Under the pieces are notes generated by a model that was not told the origin of the DNA, made no database searches, and saw only the letters and a list, made by a program, of their open reading frames with translations. The position numbers and the translations under genes are program-made. This document shows positions 29,889 to 38,539 of a DNA stretch of 64,000 nucleotides, one piece after another (position 1 is the first letter of the stretch; the number at the start of each line of letters is the position of its first letter). This DNA is from Candidatus Subterrananammoxibius californiae (GTDB lineage: Bacteria > Planctomycetota > Brocadiia > Brocadiales > Subterrananammoxibiaceae): positions 1 through 64,000 of the forward strand of contig JAURAC010000017.1 in assembly GCA_030586555.1 (NCBI GenBank), given 5' to 3'.

Positions 29889-30284
29889 CTATTTCCCCCT
29901 TTGTAGAAAATCATCAGCCGCAAAAAGCACCCCTGCGATAGCATAATCCTTGCAATGCGACATAGACACAGCTATATCTTTGACGTTCTCCTTTTCTACT
30001 GCTTCCTTTACAGCCCCGTAAAGATTAAGATAGGGTTTGCCCAACTCATCGTTAAGCACCTCAATATCCGTCCATTTCATCTTACCACGCCAACCCGTCC
30101 CGAGGGCTTTAAACACAGCCTCTTTTGTAGCAAATCTGGCGGCAAAATGCTGGTACTGGTTCCTCTTCATCTGTTGACAATAAGCAATTTCACTTTTTGT
30201 GTAAATTCTCTTCAAGAATCCACTATGCGCCGAAAAGAAATCTTTAATCCTTTTAATCTCTATAATATCAATGCCTATGTGCAT
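29889..30284 (-). CDS. acpS: Holo-ACP synthase (start re-called at MHIGIDII)
   Basis: GIDIIEI.RI, AARFATKEAVFKALGTG, SMSH; the ORF-track extension is repeat DNA. Confidence 0.92.
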   Translation of the reverse strand: MHIGIDIIEIKRIKDFFSAHSGFLKRIYTKSEIAYCQQMKRNQYQHFAARFATKEAVFKALGTGWRGKMKWTDIEVLNDELGKPYLNLYGAVKEAVEKENVKDIAVSMSHCKDYAIAGVLFAADDFLQRGK

Positions 30285-30533
30285 ATTTAATTTGTTTTGT
30301 AGAAAGCAAGAAATTGTTCGCCACGGCGAATCCCGCCTGAGGCGGGTCTGTGAGCAGCCACAGGGTCGCCCTCTGGCGACTGTCTCAGGCACGACTTCGG
30401 TTTCACCTCGCAATGACATTACTTGCTTTTTACTATTATAAGCCTTATATTATTACCTTCTTTTCATCATTGGGGGTGTTTTATAATTTTACAGCGTTAG
30501 TAAAAGTATGTCAATCGGAATTTATTATCAATT

Positions 30534-31901
30534 ATGGTTAATAAGCAATTTGACAGAGGTATAGAATTGACAAGAAAAAACCTGAATCGCAATATTGCGC
30601 GCTTAGCCCTCCCTGCCGCAGGGGAAAACGTCCTGCACATGACAATCTTCATTGCTGATATTGTCATGGTGGGCCGCTTAGGCACAGAGGCAATAGCTGC
30701 TGTTGGTTTAGCAGGGGCGCTGAACTTTATTATTGCCATAATCTTCTCCTCCCTTAATGCAGGGACACTGAGCCTTGTTGCAAGGCATATTGGGGCAGGG
30801 GAGAGGAAGGATGCCGAAAGGGTTGCGGCTCAGTCGCTGTTTCTTGCAATCTTAATAGGGATTGTAATTAGCCCTGCGCTGGTTTTGTATGCACAGAAGG
30901 TGCTGCTTCTCATGAGCGCGGAGCCGCCTATTGCAGCGCTCGGCACTGTCTATCTGAAGATTGTAATGACCATGCTTATTTGCAGGCTCATTATCCTTGC
31001 GGGAAGCGCCGCATTTCGTGGCGCTGGCGACACAAGAACGCCCATGTTAATCACCCTTATAATGAACTGTATAAATGTGCTTTTTAACTGGCTTTTGATA
31101 TTTGGCATCTGGAGATTTCCACGCATGGGCGTCATCGGGGCGGCGTGGGGCACGGCGATTGCATACGGCGTTGGGGCAGCGCTCGTGCTTATAATCCTTT
31201 TTAGCGGAAGAGGGGTACTGGCAATTTCTATAAGTAACTTGTTTAAATTCGATTTGACAACAATCTGGAGAATATTAAGGATATCCCTGCCAGCCGCCTT
31301 TGATTCATTCTTTACACAAGTTGGATACCTGATTTTTATAAAGATAGTTACCTCGCTGGGAACTGTGTCTTTAGCAGCCCATCAGGTTGCAGTACGAATA
31401 GAGGCTATCTCTTTTATGCCCGGCTTCGCATTAGCTGTTTCGACCGCAACACTTGTGGGACAAAGTTTGGGCGCTAAGGACGTTGCGCTTGCAAGCCTCA
31501 GCATGAAGCGGAACTGTCAATATGCCCTCATGCTCATGGGCTTTTTTGCATGTATTTTCCTCGCCTTTCCCGCTCAGATGGCAAGGGTCTTTAGTCCAGA
31601 GCAAGAAGTCCTTCGACTCAGCGCATTGTGTGTTATGATATCTGCAATCGAACAGCCTGCCCTGGCAATCTACATGGTATATTCAGGCGGGCTACGCGGG
31701 GCAGGTGATACGTTAAGCCCCATGTTAGTTACCATTGTAGGCACGTTATGTTTTCACGTTTCTCTGGCGTATCTTTTCGGAATAGTTCTCGGCTGGGGAC
31801 TTGGGGGTGTATGGTTCGGCGCAGCCATTGACTGGATATGCCGCTCAATAGCTGTCTATATCCTGTTTCGCAGAGGAAGGTGGAAAAGGATAAAGGTCTA
31901 A
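30534..31901 (+). CDS. MATE family efflux transporter
   Basis: RLALPA, DIVMVGRLG, RGAGDT twice, multiple TM segments. Confidence 0.92.
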   Translation: MVNKQFDRGIELTRKNLNRNIARLALPAAGENVLHMTIFIADIVMVGRLGTEAIAAVGLAGALNFIIAIIFSSLNAGTLSLVARHIGAGERKDAERVAAQSLFLAILIGIVISPALVLYAQKVLLLMSAEPPIAALGTVYLKIVMTMLICRLIILAGSAAFRGAGDTRTPMLITLIMNCINVLFNWLLIFGIWRFPRMGVIGAAWGTAIAYGVGAALVLIILFSGRGVLAISISNLFKFDLTTIWRILRISLPAAFDSFFTQVGYLIFIKIVTSLGTVSLAAHQVAVRIEAISFMPGFALAVSTATLVGQSLGAKDVALASLSMKRNCQYALMLMGFFACIFLAFPAQMARVFSPEQEVLRLSALCVMISAIEQPALAIYMVYSGGLRGAGDTLSPMLVTIVGTLCFHVSLAYLFGIVLGWGLGGVWFGAAIDWICRSIAVYILFRRGRWKRIKV

Positions 31902-31943
31902 CCAATCGGGTCTTAGGGCAGAAAGTGATGAGCACAAAAACCC

Positions 31944-31972
31944 TTGACTAATAGAGAGGCTTATGTTAACAT
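31944..31972 (+). promoter_or_regulatory. Sigma-70 promoter, probably producing a leaderless mRNA
   Basis: TTGACT-17-TAACAT with TG extension; GTG start 6 nt after the -10; no SD. Confidence 0.65.
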
Positions 31973-31978
31973 TCCTTC

Positions 31979-32275
31979 GTGGCAACTACTATAAAAACAG
32001 AACATCCTCATATCACCCATGTAGAAGGTACCTGCGGTGGACGCCCCATTGTCAATGGAACAAGAACACCTGTCAGAGCTATTGTTTGCTACTATAAGAC
32101 GGGCATGTCCCCGGAGGAGATTGTAACAAGTCTTCCCCACCTAAGCCTTGCCCAGGTCCATGACGCACTTTCCTATTACTATGACCATCAGGATGAAATT
32201 AATAAGGATATTGAAGAAAACTCTGAGGCGAACGTCACGAAGCTCTATCCTCCCGGTAAATACACTATCAAGTGA
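31979..32275 (+). CDS. DUF433 antitoxin
   Basis: GGRPIVNGTR, GMSPEEI, LSLAQVHDALSYY. Confidence 0.9.
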   Translation: MATTIKTEHPHITHVEGTCGGRPIVNGTRTPVRAIVCYYKTGMSPEEIVTSLPHLSLAQVHDALSYYYDHQDEINKDIEENSEANVTKLYPPGKYTIK

Positions 32276-32625
32276 ACCCCATCAGATTCTATCTTGATGA
32301 AGATGTTGATGTTCGGCTTGCAAATGCCCTTCGCAGTAAAGGATTTGATACTATAACTACAAGAGATGCAAAAAAGCTTAAAGCCTCCGATTCTGAACAG
32401 TTAGCATTCTCCACGCTAAACAATCGAGCAATCATAACCTCAAATGTCTCTGATTATGCAAGACTTCACTACCAATATCTAACGCAAAAGGAGAGGCACT
32501 ACGGTATCATTGTTACTGCCCAGATTCCAGTTGGCGAAACCCTCCGAAGGCTTACAAATCTTGCCTGCAAATTATCAGCATAAGATATGATTAACCGCCT
32601 TGAATATCTGAGCAACTGGAGATAA
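32272..32625 (+). pseudogene. DUF5615 PIN-like toxin with a premature TAA at 32581
   Basis: FYLDEDV, SDSEQL, HYGII; family-like tail DMINRLEYLSNWR continues in frame after the stop. Confidence 0.7.
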
Positions 32626-32670
32626 CAACTTCCTCCCTCCATAGCCGAATCTCAGGCATTTTTGACACAG

Positions 32671-32703
32671 AGTCAATAATTAAATATGGCGTCCCCGGAA
32701 ATT
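32671..32703. repeat. Cassette-boundary repeat, copy 1 (right half)
   Basis: AGTCAATAATTAAATATGGCGTCCCCGGAAATT. Confidence 0.85.
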
Positions 32704-32765
32704 GCTTGCATTATTGATATCATTACGCTATCATTTGTTGAAAGCACAATAAGGGATGCAATGCG

Positions 32766-33179
32766 ATGAGAAAGATAATGATTGACACAAATATCTATGC
32801 TTTATTTAAAAGGAATGATGCTTTCGTTCTGGAAAATTTAAGAAGGATTGAATTTATAGGTATCTCTATTGTAGTTTTGGGCGAATTGCTATGCGGTTTT
32901 AAAGGAGGCAACAAGGAAATCAAGAACCGCGAAGAACTTGAACAGTTCCTGGATTTGCCCAGAGTCCACATCATTCAAGTGGATGAAGAAACGGCAGAAT
33001 TTTATGCAAAAATATTCTGGAATCTGAAGAAAAATGGAACGCCTATACCAACCAATGATATCTGGGTGGCGGCATCAGCCATGCGGCATGGAATACATCT
33101 TTTTACAAATGATGAACACTTTAAAAATATTGATGGTTTTTTGCTTTTTCCTGAGGAGAGATTTGTATGGCAACGATGA
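32766..33179 (+). CDS. vapC: VapC PIN toxin
   Basis: IDTNIY, GELLCGF, GTPIPTNDIWVAA, TNDEHF. Confidence 0.92.
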   Translation: MRKIMIDTNIYALFKRNDAFVLENLRRIEFIGISIVVLGELLCGFKGGNKEIKNREELEQFLDLPRVHIIQVDEETAEFYAKIFWNLKKNGTPIPTNDIWVAASAMRHGIHLFTNDEHFKNIDGFLLFPEERFVWQR

Positions 33180-33424
33180 CGGTTAGGGGAATTGATGACG
33201 AGGTTGCAAAACTTTTAAAAGACCAGGCAAATAGTGAGGGTATAAGTGTCAATGCACTCATGTTGAAAATGGTGAAAGAGTCTCTCGGTATAGAAAAAAA
33301 GGGGAGGACAAAAATATACCGTGATCTGGACCATCTTGCCGGCACATGGAGTGAAAAAGATTTAAAAGAATTTCAGAAAAATGTTGAAGACCTCGAAAAG
33401 ATTGATAAAGAAAACTGGAAATAA
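33167..33424 (+). CDS. FitA/VapB-like ribbon-helix-helix antitoxin
   Basis: MATMTVRGIDD, GISVN, DLDHLAGTWS. Confidence 0.85.
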   Translation: MATMTVRGIDDEVAKLLKDQANSEGISVNALMLKMVKESLGIEKKGRTKIYRDLDHLAGTWSEKDLKEFQKNVEDLEKIDKENWK

Positions 33425-33452
33425 AAAGGTATGTATTGCCCCTAAATAACAA

Positions 33453-33490
33453 AGTCAATAATTAAGTGCGGTGTCCCGAGAATTTCCCCA
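33453..33490. repeat. Cassette-boundary repeat, copy 2 (right half with partial terminal duplication)
   Basis: AGTCAATAATTAAGTGCGGTGTCCCGAGAATT followed by TCCCCAGAAT. Confidence 0.85.
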
Positions 33491-33497
33491 GAATGTA

Positions 33498-34487
33498 CTA
33501 CCGGCGCCCCGCAATACGCCCTCCGGGCGTCCACAGCCTCAACAGATCATCTGCTTTCTTTATGTCTCGAACCGGCTTGGTTCTAGGCAGTCTGGTCTCT
33601 TGCCCTAAAATCACTTTTGTTTTCGCTCGGAAATCCTTCCAGTCCATCTCCTGTCCACGTTTAGGAAGTTCAAGATGGAAGACGTAACGTTCCTTTCTGG
33701 TTCTCGTGTTCCGAATATACTTGTCTATCCACCGAAGTCGCCCTGGAGGCAAAACTGAAATGCTTTTGTCTTCGTGTCGAATGCACTGAATAATCCAGTC
33801 TCCCATTTGCAGTTCGTCCGCCATTTTTGGCTTATAAGAATACCAGAAATTGCTTAATTTAGATCGGGATGTATCCTTGATGAGCTTCTGGGCTCGATTC
33901 TCACTCTGTTTAAAAAGCTCAACTTCTTTTTGGGGTATACAACCCTCATAGAGGTTTTCCAGCCACAACTTTGCAGGAGTTGTTGGCGGAATGTGCTTCT
34001 TGTTTGATTTCCGTTGTCCTGGGCGTTTCGGTGGCATGTAAATGCGCTTGCACTCGCGCAGGTATTCGTCTCGCACTGGCTCGGTACAGATGCGGCTGAA
34101 GAAATCACGAGCTCGTCTGACCGCCAGAGGGTCTTTCGTGAGTAATGCTGCTTCTTCGAGGTTGTCCCTTGAGTTCCTGGAGATATTCGCTGATCCAACC
34201 AAGACTCTTTTGTCGGTGATGACAATCTTGGCGTGTAAGTTCCTTCTTGTGAACACTAACACGCCGCGCTTGATAAGTCGTTCAATTTCATTTGGGTCTG
34301 TCCCCCCAGCCTTGACCGTAGCAGGACTCATGTCTACGACTAAGCGGTTTCCCTTTTTTAGTGGCAGCAGTCTTGCACCATCTTTCCCCAGGTAGGCGAT
34401 AGCGGCGTCTACATGGTAAGCGGAGCGGACGTAATCTGATAGTGTTTCCCAAATGCTCTCGTTGGTTAGGAAATGAGTTGTGCTCAT
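33498..34487 (-). CDS. Phospholipase D-family (HKD) nuclease-like protein
   Basis: LHAKIVITD..VLVGSANIS; C-terminal domain not recognised. Confidence 0.75.
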   Translation of the reverse strand: MSTTHFLTNESIWETLSDYVRSAYHVDAAIAYLGKDGARLLPLKKGNRLVVDMSPATVKAGGTDPNEIERLIKRGVLVFTRRNLHAKIVITDKRVLVGSANISRNSRDNLEEAALLTKDPLAVRRARDFFSRICTEPVRDEYLRECKRIYMPPKRPGQRKSNKKHIPPTTPAKLWLENLYEGCIPQKEVELFKQSENRAQKLIKDTSRSKLSNFWYSYKPKMADELQMGDWIIQCIRHEDKSISVLPPGRLRWIDKYIRNTRTRKERYVFHLELPKRGQEMDWKDFRAKTKVILGQETRLPRTKPVRDIKKADDLLRLWTPGGRIAGRR

Positions 34488-34551
34488 GATGAGTCTTTTG
34501 CCCCAACTGTTTCTATCTATAGAAGCTCAACGAGGTCTACCCAACATGTAC

Positions 34552-34612
34552 AAATGTGGGGATACCATACGTAATTTAGAAGTCAATAATTAAGTATGGA
34601 GTTCCCAGATTT
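34552..34612. repeat. Cassette-boundary repeat, copy 3 (full inverted repeat)
   Basis: AAATGTGGGGATACCATACGTAATT-11 nt-AATTAAGTATGGAGTTCCCAGATTT. Confidence 0.85.
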
Positions 34613-34628
34613 GATTAAACCATTCCTA

Positions 34629-34847
34629 TTATATCTTGTTCCATTCTTCAGGACGTATATTAGCCTGTTTCAAAATCCTTCTGATAAGCCCGACATCTAT
34701 ATCACCCTTATGCGGGTTGGGAATGATAAGACGGGTATTTTCTTTTTCCATCCAACTATGTTTACCACCAGGATAAGGTCCTTTAAATCCAAATTCTTTC
34801 AACTTTCTAATCAATACCTGTCGTGTGCAGGGTTTCAGCTTAGGCAT
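34629..34847 (-). CDS. hicA: HicA toxin
   Basis: KLKEFGFKGPYPGGKH, IPNPHKGDI. Confidence 0.9.
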   Translation of the reverse strand: MPKLKPCTRQVLIRKLKEFGFKGPYPGGKHSWMEKENTRLIIPNPHKGDIDVGLIRRILKQANIRPEEWNKI

Positions 34848-35118
34848 AAATCCTTTTCTTTGTTGATACCTTTACATCTGCAGCTATACGACAGCCATTG
34901 ACAACAGGCATTTCCTCACCTTTCTTCAACCCAACGGTAACCCAGAGTTCTATAGCATCAATAAGGTTTTCCCTGGCTTCTTCAAAATTTCTACCCTGGG
35001 TAAAGCAACCCGGTAGGTTGGGTGCCTCGGCAATAATTACATCAGAACTTTCGCCTTTTTCATAGATGGCATTTTTTAAAACCTCTGTTATATATTCTCT
35101 AAAAGTTACTGTCTTCAT
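34840..35118 (-). CDS. hicB: HicB antitoxin, probably leaderless
   Basis: PNLPGCFTQGRNFEEARENLIDAIELW; TTGACA-18-TATATT (35155-35126) lies 7 nt before the ATG. Confidence 0.9.
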   Translation of the reverse strand: MKTVTFREYITEVLKNAIYEKGESSDVIIAEAPNLPGCFTQGRNFEEARENLIDAIELWVTVGLKKGEEMPVVNGCRIAADVKVSTKKRIYA

Positions 35119-35184
35119 GAAAATGAATATACCTTAAAGATTCACACTTTGTCAATAGAAACTCTCAGAAAAATTAACGTTTGG

Positions 35185-35245
35185 AATTCTTGGGACACCA
35201 TGCGCAATTTGGAAGTTAATAATTAAGTATGATGTCCCAAGAATT
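35185..35245. repeat. Cassette-boundary repeat, copy 4 (full inverted repeat)
   Basis: AATTCTTGGGACACCATGCGCAATT-11 nt-AATTAAGTATGATGTCCCAAGAATT. Confidence 0.9.
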
Positions 35246-35249
35246 AGAC

Positions 35250-35313
35250 GTCTAACGACTAAGCTAACCGGTGCGCAGCTTTTTCGTGCGTACGGTTGAG
35301 CGCCTTGTTAGGC
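35250..35313 (-). mobile_element. Integron attC site
   Basis: Minus strand GCCTAAC...CTCAACCG..CCGGTTAG...GTTAGAC (RYYYAAC/GTTRRRY), imperfect palindrome overlapping the 3' end of a gene. Confidence 0.8.
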
Positions 35314-35518
35314 TAATAGATTTCTGTGCAAGATTTATAAGGGAACGAAGGGCGTCATTAACAGCTTCTTCTGTGGGAAACGCTTTCGCAACATCCGGAC
35401 TAAGGAGAACTAAATTGGTTCCCTTTTGGTAAGATTCAAAATATTTGCCTCGAACACCCCGACCGAGGTCCTCACGGTGATATTATGGACGCAGTACTTC
35501 AGATTTAGCCTTCTTCAT
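35265..35518 (-). pseudogene. BrnA-like antitoxin cassette gene with an internal stop; toxin missing
   Basis: MKKAKSEVLRP*YHREDLGRGVRGKY...LSPDVAKAFPTEEAVNDALRSL; SD GGAGGAGG. Confidence 0.75.
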
Positions 35519-35718
35519 AGATCCTCCTCCTTTAATGGTTCTGGTGTAAAATCTGAAATATTAAGCATGTTTTTCTAAAGCCTTATTACCTGAGGAGTCT
35601 TTTTAATCTACCGAAGATATATTCATCAGCCTTGCGCTGCAAATGCCTCTTTGCTTTCTCAAGCGTATTGGAGGCGCCGAAACTACGACTGGTTGTCTTG
35701 AAGAAAACTGTATAATTT

Positions 35719-35826
35719 TCACCCGGCTCCGCTTATTTGGAGTGGTGGGCAAACGCCTTCGCCGTCGCAGGTGTAGCGTGTTGGCATTTGTTCATTATAT
35801 TTGAATACCAGACTCGTGAGGTTCAT
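35719..35826 (-). pseudogene. Truncated YbhB/YbcL (PEBP) gene
   Basis: MNLTSLVFKYNEQMPTRYTCDGEGVCPPLQISG then stop. Confidence 0.7.
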
Positions 35827-35868
35827 ATTCGTAGAATGAGATAATGAGATTCATAAGATTGGGCCTAA

Positions 35869-36840
35869 TCAAAAGATTATTTCAAGCGCTTTGATCTCTT
35901 CGTTCCACCACGCGGTCGTACCGCATTCCTTAGAGAGCGCTTCCATGCGCGTAGCGATCGTTTTTGCCCGAACGTAGGGTGCCAGCCGCGCCTGAAAATT
36001 GTCTATGATTATCGGGTACATGCGGATGCGCACAACTCGGCTATCGTTGAACTCGACAACAAACACGAAAGATTCATCGTTGCGCTCGATTTTGTCTATT
36101 GCATAATCGTCGATGAAATCGCCAGCGCTATAGATGATCAATCTTCCTTTGAAAAGTTCTATCCCGCGAAACACATGTGCAGAATGTCCAAAGACGATAT
36201 CGGCTCCGGCTTCGATAAGCGCATGAGCGAACTTCTGATGCTCTTTCTCTGGTGCGTATCCCCAATTCGAGCCCCAGTGCGCCGAGGTGACGACGATTTC
36301 GGCATTCACCCGGGCCATCCTGACATCTTCAATGAGCACACGGGCGCACACATTCTCCAGGTCAACGGGGCAATAGCGGACGCCGGGTGTTTCTCTTCCG
36401 GCTTCCCAATCGCGGCCAGCGTAATCGGTAAATGAGAGGAGCGCAACCGTAGCACCGTGGACCGAGATATGCGTCGAAGCCCGCGCCGCGGCGGCATTTA
36501 CTCCTGCGCCGGCATGCGCAATGCCTGCGTCGTCCAAATGCCCTATCATCTCTTCTAAAGCTTCAGGGCCGTAGTCGAGCGCATGGTTGTTCGCAAGTGA
36601 TACCATATCGATGTGAGCCGTCTTGAGTACTGCAATGTTCTTCGCGTCAGAGCGGAAATTGAATGTCTTTGGGATAGGCTCCCCCGAATCGGCTATGACG
36701 CATTCAAGATTGCATATCCGCACGTCTGTCGCTTTAAAGAGCGGCAGCGTATCGCCCCAAGGGTACTCAGGCGACACGCTTTTGAGCGAGTCATTGACGA
36801 GCCTTCCTAACATCACATCGCCTACAAAAAGCAGTTTCAT
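35869..36840 (-). CDS. CapA/PGA_cap family metallophosphoesterase
   Basis: GDVMLGR, NLE, LANNHALDYG, HWG, GHSAHV, YSAGDF. Confidence 0.9.
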   Translation of the reverse strand: MKLLFVGDVMLGRLVNDSLKSVSPEYPWGDTLPLFKATDVRICNLECVIADSGEPIPKTFNFRSDAKNIAVLKTAHIDMVSLANNHALDYGPEALEEMIGHLDDAGIAHAGAGVNAAAARASTHISVHGATVALLSFTDYAGRDWEAGRETPGVRYCPVDLENVCARVLIEDVRMARVNAEIVVTSAHWGSNWGYAPEKEHQKFAHALIEAGADIVFGHSAHVFRGIELFKGRLIIYSAGDFIDDYAIDKIERNDESFVFVVEFNDSRVVRIRMYPIIIDNFQARLAPYVRAKTIATRMEALSKECGTTAWWNEEIKALEIIF

Positions 36841-37463
36841 AAATATTTCTTAAACCATGCCACCGCCAGCTCGGCTACCTGCCCGAGTGTCCCCGGCTCT
36901 TCAAAGAGGTGCGTCGCGCCATGGACGATCTCAAGCTTCTTCTCGCAATGAAGTGCGGCAAGTGCCTGTTCGTTGAGCTCGATAACGCCAAAATCATTGC
37001 CGCCAACAATGAGAAGCGTGGGAGCAGTGACCTTGCCTATGTTTTTCATCGCGAGATCCGGTCTGCCACCACGCGAGACAACTGCCGCGATATGTGAAGG
37101 AAGCCGCGCAGCAACTTGAAGCGCGGCCGCCGCGCCTGTCGATGCTCCGAATAATCCTATTGCCAGGCCTTTTGTCTTTGGCTCTCTTTTAAGCCAACGA
37201 ATAACCTCGCCGAGACGCTCCGTTAGAAGGTCAATGTCGAAGCGAGTTTCGTATATTTCATCTTCCTTCTCCGTAAGTAAATCTATCAAGAGTGTTGCGA
37301 CTCCCAATTTCTGCAGTTCCTTTGCGACGAATGTGTTGCGCGGAGAAAAACGGCTGCTCCCGCTTCCGTGCGCAAAAAGCACAATACCGGACGCTCCCTT
37401 CGGCATGGCAAGCGTTCCTTCGAGAGCAACACCATCAATTGGTATTTTAATTTCCTGCTCCAT
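36837..37463 (-). CDS. Dienelactone hydrolase-family alpha/beta hydrolase (start re-called at MEQEIK)
   Basis: FAHGSGSSRFSPRN, GASTG, SRGGRPDL, HLFEEPG. Confidence 0.9.
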   Translation of the reverse strand: MEQEIKIPIDGVALEGTLAMPKGASGIVLFAHGSGSSRFSPRNTFVAKELQKLGVATLLIDLLTEKEDEIYETRFDIDLLTERLGEVIRWLKREPKTKGLAIGLFGASTGAAAALQVAARLPSHIAAVVSRGGRPDLAMKNIGKVTAPTLLIVGGNDFGVIELNEQALAALHCEKKLEIVHGATHLFEEPGTLGQVAELAVAWFKKYL

Positions 37464-38085
37464 ATGCTGATTGCAATAGTCTGATGACTTCTTCATCTTC
37501 AACCTGTTCAAATTCCTGATAGTGCGCCCCGATTGCTCCCATAAAATCCTTCGGCGGTTCAAGCACGATAATTTCATCGGCTTCTCGTCGAATCTCGCGC
37601 ACCGTATCCGACGGCGCAACCGGGACGGCAATGATAATACGATCAGGTTTTTGCTCCTTCACTGCTTTAATTGCAAGTCGCATAGTGAGGCCTGTCGCTA
37701 TGCCATCGTCGACGATGATAGCAACCTTGTTTGTAACTTGGGTCGACTTCTTTCCACCCCGATACACTTTAATGCGCCGCGCCACTTCCTTTTTTTGTTG
37801 CTCTATTTCTCCGCTTAACCAATCTTGATCAACTAATTCCGCTTCCACCTCATTGCACAAAAGAGTCCCTTTTTCGTCTGTGGCGCAGATTGCATATTCA
37901 GGATGTTGCGGGTGTCCGATCTTGCGAGCGGCAACTATATCGAGCGGCAGACCGAGCAAGCGAGCAACTTCATAGCCGACCACGACCCCGCCACGCGGCA
38001 ATGCGAGCACCACGGCGTTTGCGCCTTTATACTGCCGTAATCTTTCCGCAAGTTGTTTCCCCGCATCGCTTCTGTTCTGGAACAT
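37447..38085 (-). CDS. Phosphoribosyltransferase family protein
   Basis: LPRGGV, VDDGIATG, AVPVAP. Confidence 0.9.
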   Translation of the reverse strand: MFQNRSDAGKQLAERLRQYKGANAVVLALPRGGVVVGYEVARLLGLPLDIVAARKIGHPQHPEYAICATDEKGTLLCNEVEAELVDQDWLSGEIEQQKKEVARRIKVYRGGKKSTQVTNKVAIIVDDGIATGLTMRLAIKAVKEQKPDRIIIAVPVAPSDTVREIRREADEIIVLEPPKDFMGAIGAHYQEFEQVEDEEVIRLLQSAYGAGN

Positions 38086-38089
38086 GGGA

Positions 38090-38347
38090 TTACTTCTTGC
38101 CCACCTCTCTTGATTTTACTTTCTTTCTGGTTGGATTCATCATGTTATTCTTCGCTGCCCCTTCCAGCCGCGGCGGGCGAGTAAGATGATCCACCTCACG
38201 CAGTAGTCTTTTCTTATCTAATATCTGATTTTGTTTTTTTGCGTTAGTCATATTACATACTATAGCAGTGCTACTCTTGTTATCAAAGAGCCAAAAATAT
38301 CCTTTTTGTTCGCCGTCTTTCAAGATTTTTTCAAAAGTGGATTGCAT
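38090..38347 (-). CDS. Hypothetical protein
   Basis: ORF only, co-oriented with the island genes. Confidence 0.3.
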   Translation of the reverse strand: MQSTFEKILKDGEQKGYFWLFDNKSSTAIVCNMTNAKKQNQILDKKRLLREVDHLTRPPRLEGAAKNNMMNPTRKKVKSREVGKK

Positions 38348-38351
38348 AGTT

Positions 38352-38539
38352 ATTTATTCAAATCATAACTCTGCTTGATAAGACCGAAAACGGCATCAAG
38401 CTCGGTTTCCTTTTCTAACGAAAGACGAACCCGAAGGCGTATGTTCGTTTTTTGCAAGTTGGCAGCATAGCTCTTCAAACGCTGTATGCTGTGAACCACT
38501 CCGTGGTCGAAGGTTTTGACAGTTTATATTAGTCGACAT
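38352..38539 (-). pseudogene. Chimeric remnant: N-terminus of a defence NTPase-type protein joined to a DUF5655-like C-terminus
   Basis: MSTNINCQNLRPRSGSQHTAFEELCCQLAK...FVRKG, then in another frame ELDAVFGLIKQSYDLNK*. Confidence 0.5.

Noticed and set aside
30285..30419. N-terminal extension of AcpS in the ORF track
   Set aside because: It is translated palindromic repeat DNA; homology begins at MHIGID
32671..35245. Boundary repeats as a CRISPR array
   Set aside because: The intervals are 0.6-1.1 kb and contain whole genes; no cas genes
32581..35485. Two TAA codons at probable Glu positions as stop-codon recoding
   Set aside because: TAA ends many normal genes here; single G-to-T nonsense mutations in decaying TA genes are simpler
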